Of a stretch of DNA of 47,316 nucleotides, positions 1 to 11,062 are shown one piece after another. Both the position numbers and the translations under genes were made by a program. Location of the stretch: positions 909,726 through 957,041 of the forward strand of contig NMRA01000058.1 of the NCBI GenBank assembly GCA_002633005.1. The letters are read 5' to 3'. Below the pieces are notes generated by a model. It made no database searches and had not been told where the DNA came from. It was given only the letters and a program-made list of their open reading frames with translations. The DNA is from Phoronis australis (Eukaryota; Animalia; Phoronida). How positions within the stretch are numbered: position 1 is the first letter of the stretch; each line of letters begins with the position of its first letter.

Positions 1-392
1 GTAATATAAATATGCAACAATGTTCAATTTCAAAGAATGTCTCCGTTCAAGCTGGATAATCAGATTATAAAATGGCCACCATGGGGAAAGAAAGACTGGT
101 ACATGTAAGTTTTAAGGCAAATTTCAAGTATTACAAGTGTTCTATTGAATGAAGTAACCATGGATGGCTGCACCAAATAAACAATCGACACCAAATTTGA
201 GAATATCTCGACAAAATATTTACATAAATGAGTTGCAGTTTGACAAATGCCAAAAATATGTGGAATAAAACAACACTAAATAACCAGCACACATAGTCAA
301 CCAGTTTTATCCATCTGGGGAAGTTTCCAATGATTGACACGTTATTTTGAAAACACATCCAGGTAGAATTGAATAACACGTTAGTCGAACAA

Positions 393-575
393 GGAGGCAG
401 TGTGGCCTAGAGGGATGAGTGTCCACTTCCTTTACTCAAGGTTGTTGGTTTGAGTCCCATTGGGGCACACTGTTAAACCCTTGAGTCAAGTCTCTAGGTC
501 CTCAGCTCAGTTTTATCTATATATTAATAAAGCATAAAAATGGTTCCAGGTGATCACTGCAATGGGACTGCCCAA
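393..575 (+). mobile_element. tRNA-derived SINE copy 1
   Basis: GAGGCAGTGTGGCCTAGAGGG (A-box-like) and GGTTTGAGTCCC (B-box-like), followed by a body ACCCTTGAGTCAAGTCTCTAG..CCTCAGCTC shared with the copy at 14458. Confidence 0.75.
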
Positions 576-593
576 ACAGGCGAACAAGCATAC

Positions 594-3500
594 CTTCGGG
601 ATCGAAGCTGCTGAATATCCGTCTAGCTTCAGCTCCTGGACTTTCTGGAGCTACTAACGCCCTCTCCTGTAGAGAAAAAGAAAGGTTACAATTAAATTGA
701 GTTCATACAATGCACTAATAATTACCAAACTAATTATTCTTCAAACAATATCAAGGTAGCGACATTTTTCAATAGCCTCATTCTCTTGCATAACTAGCCT
801 CAAAAACAGACAGGTCATTAGCCATGCATGTATGACAGCAGTTCACTTGCAATCGAAATGTCCTGGGTTCGGTTCTCAAAGTGCTACATTACAAGACAAA
901 AGAAATCAAACAAAAGAAATCAATAAAAGTAATCAGACAAAAGTAATCAGACAAAAGCAATCAGACAAAAGCAATCAGACAAAAGTAATCAGACAAAAGT
1001 AATCAGACAAAACACCATTTCCCTGTCATGAGGGCTAATTCTGTCAAGAGCAAAAATGACTGGTAATAACAATTAGGGCGGCAAAATTCCAATTACATAA
1101 TGGCTTTATAGCAACCTTACGGTAAAATCTCACCAACTAAGGAAACAATATGGCCCACAAGTGAAATTTTATGTTTTCATCTTTTGAATAAAAGATAAGT
1201 AGCACCAAGCAGATGCTATACCATTATAAATGTCTATGTCATAGCTTCCTTTACACAATATTTCCAGCAGAAGCGTTTGAAAAATGAAAAAAGAACAATT
1301 TTGGCAATGATATTTTCTCAAAATTAGTGAGATTTTACTGTACTAAGTTTCCTGCTAATTCCCCGTCATTCTCGATTATGAGGAAGTACTCCGATGATGA
1401 AATTGGCTTCCGCCCAGCCGTCATGACGGGAAATCATGAGTCATTTTGTCTAAAAACATTTTGGCTTTTGCTGAATATTTGATAAATTCACATGTAATTA
1501 ATGTCCAATACCCTAGTTCCAAAAGTCATATGTTCCATAACATTTTCAAAGTTTTAATTAATATTAGTCGATCTGATTAACAACAGAGAAGCTATGGGCT
1601 CATAACTGTTTTTCTTCAGTTGGACTGCTTTATTTCAATGCGCACAACTCACACATAGGATAAGCTACATATTCAAGTAACCAGCTTGGCACACCAATCT
1701 AAAGAGATATACCAGCATGGCATTTACTACAACCCGACGATATCGGCGTCTCTGTCATGTTATCAGTGGGGCATGTCAAATCCATAACTGTTGCTCCCAG
1801 ACCGGCTTATGTAAATATTTACGCAAAAGCGAATATGAAGAGTAAAATCTACAGCAGTCACAAAAGTCGGTGGTTATCAGTTTTAGCCAAAGTCAAACAA
1901 CAATCATTTAACTAGAAAGATTATTGTCACGGCGTGACAATAACGGACTCTGCGCGTGCGTATTACTGGAATTATTATGGGAAGTTACTGACAGAAACCC
2001 GTTTACCAATATGAAAAGGAATTCTTTAAAATTGTAGGATAAATTACATATTAATAGTTTGATGACCATTCCACTAATTGACCTCTTCCGGTGCATTATG
2101 AGCTCCGATGACGGAGTAATTGTTAACTCGATTACAAGACATTAGTGTGGTTAATGCTAATAATCACAGATGTTTTACTTTAAGCACTTCAGTATACAAG
2201 ATGAATGAAGTGGTCAAACTTTCAGAAGAAAAATGCACCTAATGACCCCATGGGTACACCAAATGACCTGAAAATTTAGAATTCAAACTCAATCGCACTT
2301 AGTAAACAGATACGTAATTCTGAAGTCTCTAGCTAAAAATTTTAGTTTGCACTCAATGATCTTTGACCTATTTTTTCTGATTGGTGAGACTTATTGCGAA
2401 GTAAAGTAGGGTATTCAATTGGCATGTTGACTTACACCAGTGTGCTGAAATTGAAAAGAATTCCTTGAAAAACGTAAGAGATATACAGGGCTTGGAATGC
2501 CAAATGGCGAAAAACGCGGAAATTTTTACGGCCCGACACATGCGCGCAGCCGGCCTTGAAAAAGTCGGTGTGGACCTTTTGCAGACAGAAATCGGGAGGA
2601 CTAAAAAAANNNNNNNNNNNNNNNNNNNNNNNNNNNNNNNNNNNNNNNNNNNNNNNNNNNNNNNNNNNNNNNNNNNNNNNNNNNNNNNNNNNNNNNNNNN
2701 NNNNNNNNNNNNNNNNNNNNNNNNNNNNNNNNNNNNNNNNNNNNNNNNNNNNNNNNNNNNNNNNNNNNNNNNNNNNNNNNNNNNNNNNNNNNNNNNNNNN
2801 NNNNNNNNNNNNNNNNNNNNNNNNNNNNNNNNNNNNNNNNNNNNNNNNNNNNNNNNNNNNNNNNNNNNNNNNNNNNNNNNNNNNNNNNNNNNNNNNNNNN
2901 NNNNNNNNNNNNNNNNNNNNNNNNNNNNNNNNNNNNNNNNNNNNNNNNNNNNNNNNNNNNNNNNNNNNNNNNNNNNNNNNNNNNNNNNNNNNNNNNNNNN
3001 NNNNNNNNNNNNNNNNNNNNNNNNNNNNNNNNNNNNNNNNNNNNNNNNNNNNNNNNNNNNNNNNNNNNNNNNNNNNNNNNNNNNNNNNNNNNNNNNNNNN
3101 NNNNNNNNNNNNNNNNNNNNNNNNNNNNNNNNNNNNNNNNNNNNNNNNNNNNNNNNNNNNNNNNNNNNNNNNNNNNNNNNNNNNNNNNNNNNNNNNNNNN
3201 NNNNNNNNNNNNNNNNNNNNNNNNNNNNNNNNNNNNNNNNNNNNNNNNNNNNNNNNNNNNNNNNNNNNNNNNNNNNNNNNNNNNNNNNNNNNNNNNNNNN
3301 NNNNNNNNNNNNNNNNNNNNNNNNNNNNNNNNNNNNNNNNNNNNNNNNNNNNNNNNNNNNNNNNNNNNNNNNNNNNNNNNNNCTTAGTTCACAGTTTGTA
3401 AACCCAATATTAAAGCAATAAGTTCGAGTTTGAACTCGAAATTTCGAGTTTTTACTCGAGTTTGTAGCACGAATATAAGGGTCTTCAAGGGCAAACTTGA

Positions 3501-6500
3501 ACTAGAAACTCCTATGCATAAACTATAATGTATTCGAGCACAGTCTGATAACCAATTATCTTAAGTTCGCACAAAAGGAGCAGAGAAATTGCCAAAAATA
3601 GTTTCGAGTTCGTTTCGAGTACAAAGATTAGAGACCGGGCCCTGGGGTCTGTTTCTAATCAGGAAAAGTGACAAAGAGATTAGGTCTTAATCTCCCCACA
3701 ACTATTTCTGAAAAATAATTAAATTCCATTTCAGCAAAATTGCAGTCTCTGCGATTATACATGCAACGGCTAGTTATTAACATAATTTCAATTTCTAGAT
3801 TGTGATACGCTCATAATTACTTTTCTAAACTTTTTCTCAGCAATTGTGATGTGGTAGTGCAAGACCATATTTCTGTCTTTAAGTCTTTAAGTCACTTTCA
3901 TAACATGGACCCCAAGAGCACAGGGAGAGAAGAGAGAAAGATTATCATATCCAGCCATGCACATTGTAGAAAACATGCAATTACAAGTCTAAAATTACAC
4001 GACATAAAACTTTGAGATTGTGGTATCACTGAAGAAAACTACATTTTGCTCCATATAAGCAATAGGAAGCATGACCACTATACGAGATAACTTGAGGGGG
4101 TGTGTGAATTAGGCACATGGGTACAATAAACTTAAAACTTGGCCCTAAGTAATTGCTCAGAAGGATCCTGTGTAATTACCCAGTTCTCAATTCCAAGTCA
4201 ACAACCAATAAATGTGTAACAAGCCATTCTTCACAGAGAGATGTTCTGTTAGTGCAAGGTGGGAGACACTAACCACTATGACATATAATGTTTTTGTTTT
4301 GCGGGCGGTAATTGTATTACTTATAGTAAATAATTTCTAATAGGAAATAAACAGTTATCAACCAACAGATACAACTAGAAAGCATGACTTACTTAATCCT
4401 GAGACTTCTTTGTCCCCGTCCCAAACATTGGACACAGCACGACCAGTGATGAGCAGGTTAATTAGATTTTGGCTACAAAGTCAATGTATAGCTTACAATA
4501 AGGTGACCACAAAACCAAACACTCTGCACTGTGGCTGTATACAATCTAAAGGTAACTGGCCAATGACACAGATTCACGAGCCATGTACTTACTAACTGGA
4601 CAGGTGAATTTCAGGGCGATGCAGTGTGTTATCAACAAGTCTGTATAGGCAAATATCCACAAAACCATGGATTCAAATTCAATAAAAGTATATGTAACAT
4701 TTTAAGAAAATAGAAACACCCTAGAATTTTGCTACTGACTTAATACCTATGTCATTAACTTGATAAAGCATCCATACAAAATATTGTCATGTTTTGGGCT
4801 TTCAATTAGAATATCAGCCTTGCAAGATTTTAATCAATCAAAGTTAAACTGAGTCACAATATGCCTGGTTTACACTCCATTTCACATGTTAACTACACTG
4901 TATACAAGTTAATTAGGCTACAATGAACTTCAGTAACAACAGACATTTTAGAAAAGTCTCGAGGTTCATTGTTTTATTATACACCAGGCTCCATTACGCC
5001 TTCGCAGCCTTCACTTTCACAGTTACACACATATTCTCCACCTGCAATATTGCTGAGTGTAGGTTATGGGCTGGTTGTAGTGCACAGGTGAAGCCCCGTT
5101 TGAGAATGGTGTTTAATAAATCCAACACTTTGTTACAGAAATTCTCCTCAGCCTAACAAAAGCTTAACCAGACAGCACCTTCCGTGTCCATGTACCCCGT
5201 CTATGAGAGGTTCACCAGGGTCTTCCAACTCATTCTTCACTTGTTCTAACCCCTGTGAGAAAACACAAACACGTTTTTGATGCTTCCATGATCTTCCTAC
5301 ATGTATTCAAATATGGCACAGAGCCATGTTTTAAAAGTCCGAATCACACTTAAAAATAAAATAATCGCAAATCCTGAGCTGTCCCAGTGTACATTTCCGA
5401 AAAGACAAAGGACAGACAGAATATTGCATAACCGTATTTTTAAAAATGTTTGCTATGGACACCAGCGACATCTGTTGCTAATAAGTAAAACCAATGACTG
5501 GCTTTATGTTACCAACTGACTGACATCACGGATGGCGATTCAACAGAAACCACAGTACACAAACAGCCTTTCGCTGGCCACAAAATACCCATGATTGACA
5601 ACAGAAACTTCAACTCTACAATAATTTGAATCTTGAATATGAAACTTCAACAACACACGACAAAACCACGGAACCCAATATTGTAGTTCAGAATTCGTAT
5701 TTTGCATGATAGTATTGGTCTTCCGCTTTGAGAACGACAGTTTCAATAAGACTATCACTTCGGGGAATTACCAACATTTGCAAAAAACAAACTATGGTAT
5801 ATGTCAGAACTATTCAGCCAAAATGACAGGTCAGGGATTCCATCATGACGGCAGTCATGGCAGCCAAATTCATTGCCAGAGTATCGTGTATTTATGACTG
5901 AAAATGAAGGGGAATGGAGTTGAAAGTTATTAAGGTAGTTAAGTCAATCCGTAATTAGAATATTGACGCCTTGAATAAACACTTTTTGCTGTTAGCAGAA
6001 TTAGCTGTCATAATGGAGAAATGTCATTTTGTCCGATTACTTTAGTCTTGTATTGTACTTGGCCTATTGATTACTTTTGTCTTGTACAGTACATGGCCTA
6101 GTAAACAGGACGATGATGATTCAATAACCTAACTGTAGCCATAGCTTCACTCCACCTTACCTTTGTTAATAGAATTGAGTATAAAAAACAGAGCACTCCG
6201 TATCTATGTGTGAATAAGTCAAAGTGTGCATTGACCGACTTGATGATTTCTGAAGTTGAGTTATAGTGCTGCCATCTGGAAATGAAATAAGAATGAATCA
6301 AATCTAGTTTCGGCATCCCAACACGTAAAAGCCTGTAAATTAAAATAATGAGTAATAATAGCAATAAATAAATTTTTCTTGGTTTAAACTAAGCCAACAG
6401 TAAAATCAATTGTTTTAAAAATATCACTAAAGAACTTTACACCAGTGAAACAGTGATGACTAAGGCACTAAGTACTTTTCAAAAGAATTCTTGATGCCAC

Positions 6501-9500
6501 ATTCATATTTTTGTCAAAGTCATAATGGAAATCTCCAATGCAATTACAAGAAAAGCTACCAGGGACAAATACATAATTAGTTGAGAACACAGAGTTAAGA
6601 ATTTTAGCTGATCTCAACAAGCCACAGTGTTCTCCACAACAGAGAATTTAAACTCGACTGTAATTACAAAATTCAACAGCACGTTTGAAAATCTGTGCCT
6701 AAACTACGGGCAGTTAAGTCTTAAAATAAATGTATTGAACTGGTGACAAAAGTCTAATTAAGCTCCTCAAAAGATTAAACTTGTTACATACATTTTCAAA
6801 CTCGGCGTAAGTCAAGTCAAATTCATCAAGATGGAATTCAAACTCAAAGAGTCAAAATAGGTTGCGGAGAAGACTAGAGGCAGTGGCACTGGATACTAAG
6901 CCAATGACATGCTTACCTCAGGTGGGAGTGGAACAGAGAGTGGCAGATCTGTCGACGTTTCTTAGGACTACTTTCTCCATCCTCCAGCTCGGGACTTGCA
7001 TCCTCGCCACCAGATTCCAGCTCCATATTGTCCTCATTAACATACGTTACTAACACATAGCTGTCATTATACACTTGCTCAAACACCTCCAGCATAGCAC
7101 CGCATGTGTAACGTTGAATCTCCTCATCTGGAAACAACAACGTGCAAAAACTAAGTGTGCTATCTCCACACCAGTCAACAACATTGGTAGCGAGGATTGT
7201 TCAGTTGAACATATTCAAATACGTATACATGAAATTGAATTTTGATAAAATATCCACTGATATTCATTTCTAGACAATGAGGCTTGTTAAGAAAGATGAC
7301 TCTGAATTGCAGTACTTACAGTCAAGACGGTCTCAGAAATCACCAGAATACAATTAAGAGCTTAGGAACTTGAACCACAACATGGGCAACTTCAAAAAAG
7401 CTCAAGATCAAGACCATAAAAGGAGAAGAGATCACTATACTAAGTAAGTACACAGAAGAAAATTATAGCTAGAAGTGGTGATCCCTGATTCACATACTGT
7501 TCATTTGTTTGAAGTCCTCTCTAGCACCTTCAGTGAACAGCATGTGTTTGATCAGGAAGGCCTGAAGAGGGGCAATGACAGCACAGGGACCCCCAGCATC
7601 TTGAAGCAGTGCGGTCGACTCATCAAGGCTAAACTTTAAACCTGAATGGAGAACATCTATACGTTCATTTTGACACAAAACATTTGTTACAGTATTTGTC
7701 ACATAAACTTTAGTGAAAACTTGAGTCAAATAACCAGGTTAGATGCATGATGGCATTTGAAAACAAAATGCTGAGAACACAGTTACTATGCCAATTATGA
7801 ATCACAAAACAAATATTCAGCACTAGTTTGCAAACACTGAATATATACCTTGGACTTACATAAACTTACGCACAGAGCTACATTTTGACTTTGACGTAAG
7901 CTTCCTAGTGAAAGGACTGCAAGCAAAGTTGCGTCAAATTGGAAAAAATGAGCTTTCCTTAAATTGTCAACTTTTCACCCAAATCTATTATGCTGTATCA
8001 CGTGACTTCATGTTGTATCTTGCTGTATAGGCCTCTACAAATCACTTGCCAATGAGCAATTACCTGTCAGACAAACAGTTTGAATACTAGGTTCTTATTC
8101 AGAGGGTCACTTTTTGATTAACAAAAAATCCCAGAAGCAAAAAGGTAAAGCATAGGAAATGTTCATTGCAAACAAAATACGCTGACTAACAACTTGTCAA
8201 CACCACTTTGCAACCACGAATTTTTAACACGGAACACACGATGTTGTCACTGAATATAAGATGCTGTCAACATAACCAGACAACACTCTCTCAAAATTTA
8301 CTCAGTAATCACTAAATTACTTCCCTTCAGGCCTAATATCCAGAGTAGGCTCACTTCGTGCCCAAGCAAAAACCATGACCGACAATTGTGATTCTTGAGC
8401 ATGTTTACTTTCTGTAGTAATCACATGCGTGTGTATGTGTGTGTCAAGACTTTGGGGTGACTTGGGGATTTTTACCAGGCCATCAAACAAAATGTGAGAT
8501 TGCGGGATCCGGTATAAGTTTCTTGACAAGGTGATGAGCAGAACTATCCTGGTGGGGCACTGGTTGGATATAGTGCATTATTGGTCCCTGATTTAGAGTT
8601 CTAACTAGATTTATCCTCTTTATTTTGACACCAGTTGTCATACAGCTAACTGGCTGGCTATATACACTGTACTCATGATGAACTGAAAGTTTACAATACG
8701 AAGAAAACTTTACGGAATTGTAAGTTCAAACGAGAACGACAGATATGGAGAAGCAGAAATAGGCAAATACATCACCTGTGGATGTAGCAGGCATTCACAA
8801 TACATCGCCTGTGGAGGCTGCAGGCATTCACAATACATTGCCTGTGGAGGCTGCAGGCATTCACAATATACCCCCATAAAAAGTTGCTGCACTCATTTCA
8901 AAATACCACAAATAATATCGAATGAGGCATGTGCATGTATGCCCTGAATGAAAATTATCACATGCAATAACTCTGGAAACATTTTCGTCAGCATAATTAG
9001 AATATATCCTAAATGTCGAGGTTCCCTCGTTGGATGCCATTTTTAGGAAGTTATGCGAAATCACGCCACTTCACGAACAAAAAGTCCAAGGGACACAAAT
9101 CTTACAGTTTCCAACAGATATCTTTCCATGATACTTTTTGCAAATGTCAACAGCCATGTCACACACTTACTGTGGTCTAACTCGTGTGACGTCAATTGAA
9201 ATTCATTTTGGCGAAAAATTCCAACTCCACATTTTTGATCACCGTTAACTTTTTCACTGCGCGTGACAATCACAAAGTATGTCAATTGAGTCACGTGCAT
9301 GAGGCAAAGGCTAGCACGAGACTGAGCGAAGCACGTAACGCTGGCGCGACACTTGCAAAATAGCATGGGAAGGTATCAGGTGAAATTTGTAAGATTTGTG
9401 TTCATTGGACTTTTTATTCATCAACATGCATGATTTCACGTAACTTCCTTAAAATGGCACCCATCGATTTCCTCAAATTATCTTGACTGAATCATCTCCA

Positions 9501-10773
9501 GACTTATGGTATCTGTTAATTATAAGTCTATGTGTATGCATGTTTCATTTGATTTTATTTCCTGAATTTTGAAATTCCTAACTTTTTGTGGGGAAGCACT
9601 ATTGCCCCTGTATGCCTGCGGCATCCAGGGCGATGTAATTGCCTACGTGTTGCCTAGAAAAGCCAGACCCAGAGCACAGCCACAGGTAGGCAATTACATC
9701 ACCCTGGATGCTGCAGGCATAAAGGAGCAATAGTACATCCCCACAAAAAGTTACTCATTTCAAAATACACGAAATAAAATCAAATGAAACATGCATATAT
9801 GCCAATGGAGTTATACACAACTCATTCCATAAGTCTGGAGACAATTCAGTCAAGAAAATTTGAACAAATCGATGAAAATCTGTTGTGGTTTGCTCGAGTT
9901 TCTCTTACCGGGTGCCATTTTGAGGAAGTTACGTGAAATCACACATGTTGACAAATAAAAAGTCCAAGGGACACAAATCTTAAAAATTTCACCTGATACC
10001 TTCTCATGCTATTTTGCAAGTGTCACGCGCTAACGTCATGCGCTTCGCTCAGTCTCGAGCTAGCCTTTGCCTAACTCACGTGACTCAGTTGACATAGTTT
10101 GTGGTTATGGCGCGCGAGGTGAAAAAGTTAACAGCAACCAAAAAAGTGGAGTTGGAATTCTTTGCCAAAGACACCTTAATTCTCACAACTAAACTTCATC
10201 GAAGATAAGTATAGAAGTAGAAAGGGTCAATAAAGAAAGTAAGCACTTTTTTAAGTGATAATTTTAAGTGTGGAATGTATTTTTGACGAGGTGAAAATTC
10301 AAAATCGGTGACCGGATTTGGTCTGCCGCCCATTTAAAATACATGGAACGAAATGCTTGCAGAAAGCGATGGGAAGTATTGTAGCCTGCCAACCGAGGCC
10401 CAGGGGCTACGTGTTGCCTAAGCCACAGCCAGGGTAAAGGTAAAAGTGACAAACATGGGACACCATAGTCCCTTGTGCCTCACCCGTCTCAGTAAGTATA
10501 GTTAACGTCTTGGGTACCAAATGCTTACTAGGCAAATGCTATACTCTCCTCGTGACGTTAGTCTTGCGACAAAACGGTCAGTGTTGCAGAATTATGAACA
10601 AATTTCCTGAGGAAGGCAAGGCAAAAGCAAATCATTCCTGGGGAAATGTACAAACCTTGAGACCACCTAGCAAAGACTTCCTCTTTCAAGTTAGATCCCC
10701 ACAGAAGCTTGATAAGTTCGTTCACAGTAGATTCTGGGATTTTAGTGTCTTCGGCAGAAGACGATGAAGCCAT
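594..10773 (-). CDS. MINDY3: Ubiquitin carboxyl-terminal hydrolase MINDY-3 (FAM188A), partial. Visible coding exons: 10773-10656, 7641-7498, 7127-6917, 6275-6161, 5252-5179, 4472-4393, [two exons not visible], 666-594. Continues beyond the window start.
   Basis: The spliced translation reads MASSSSAEDTKIPESTVNELIKLLWGS..RWSQG|LKFSLDESTALLQDAGGPCAVIAPLQAF..|..YGVLCFLYSILLTK|GLEQVKNELEDPGEPLIDGVHGHGS|QNLINLLITGRAVSNVWDGDKEVSGL|..|ERALVAPESPGAEARRIFSSFDPE. This matches MINDY3 motifs (catalytic GGPC; GHGSQ.LINLL.TG.AVSNVWDGD). All visible splice sites are GT-AG, and phases are consistent through exon 6. Confidence 0.93.
918..1012. repeat. 14-bp tandem repeat (AATCAGACAAAAG[T/C]), about 6 copies plus degenerate ones
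   Basis: Read directly from the sequence. Confidence 0.9.
1120..1340. mobile_element. Tc1/mariner-pogo-type MITE with TA TSD, nested in the 880-1480 repeat
   Basis: Left end TA|CGGTAAAATCTCACCAACT, right end AATTAGTGAGATTTTACTG|TA (16/19 TIR match). The flanks join to match the uninterrupted copy near 5930. Confidence 0.75.
2610..3382. other. Assembly gap (773 N)
   Basis: Run of N. Confidence 1.
3383..3913. mobile_element. Two abutting PIF/Harbinger-like MITE fragments
   Basis: One end ..GATTAGAGACCGGGCCC (3642) directly abuts a second element GGGGTCTGTTTC..AAAGTGAC (3644), which ends GTCACTTTCATAACATGGACCCC (3913). Confidence 0.45.
8759..10169. repeat. Foldback / long inverted repeat: three ~440-480-bp arms (8759-9200 +, 9207-9646 -, 9686-10169 +)
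   Basis: GGCATCCAGGGCGATGTAATTGCCTAC (to 9646) mirrors GTAGGCAATTACATCACCCTGGATGCT (from 9686). Complementarity continues out to TTTGGCGAAAAATTCCAACTCCAC / GTGGAGTTGGAATTCTTTGCCAAA. Confidence 0.9.
8766..8868. repeat. 33-bp tandem repeat x3 (AATACATCGCCTGTGGAGGCTGCAGGCATTCAC)
   Basis: Read directly; it is an amplified end of the foldback arm. Confidence 0.9.
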
Positions 10774-11062
10774 TGCTTTCGACCAAAATGGGAAAAACAC
10801 AGAATCAAGAAAACTTGACAGGCGATCACGCGGCCATATTTTGTAAACATAGAGAAAACGTGAGATTTCGTGAGAACACGTGGAATTTTAATCAATTTTC
10901 ACTCGTTGTCAAGGATTTTACAGAAAAATGTGCAGCCACTTTGACTTTTGGTTGCTATAAAGATGCAAATCCATATTTTAAACGATCTAAAAGTCAGCAA
11001 AACCCCCACACAAATAAAGCAAATTTTGGGGAAAAACGAGAATGCCTCATTTTGAAATCAAT
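10774..11062. promoter_or_regulatory. Probable bidirectional promoter between MINDY3 (-) and LCMT2 (+)
   Basis: Divergent ATGs about 290 bp apart (the LCMT2 ATG is a candidate). Locally CpG-containing, with a YY1-like CGCGGCCATATTTTG (10829-10843), a TCTCGCGAGA-like TTTCGTGAGA (10866-10875) and an E-box CACGTG (10877-10882). Confidence 0.6.

Larger units (their letters stand above)
880..1480 (+). repeat. Dispersed repeat family copy; other copies are inverted at ~5780-6095, ~13630-13697 and ~23860-24117
   Basis: Shared blocks tacaagacaaaagtaatc(a/g)gacaaaa..ccattt..gctaattctg and tcattctcg..atgag..actc.ga.gatga..ttggcttcc..gccgtcatgacggga. Confidence 0.7.

Noticed and set aside
2465-3421. 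318-aa and 281-aa ORFs
   Set aside because: Artefacts of translating the N gap.
8710-8892. Cys-rich repeat peptide (YCECLQPPQAM)n
   Set aside because: It is simply the translation of the 33-bp tandem repeat within the foldback arm, with no splice or coding support.
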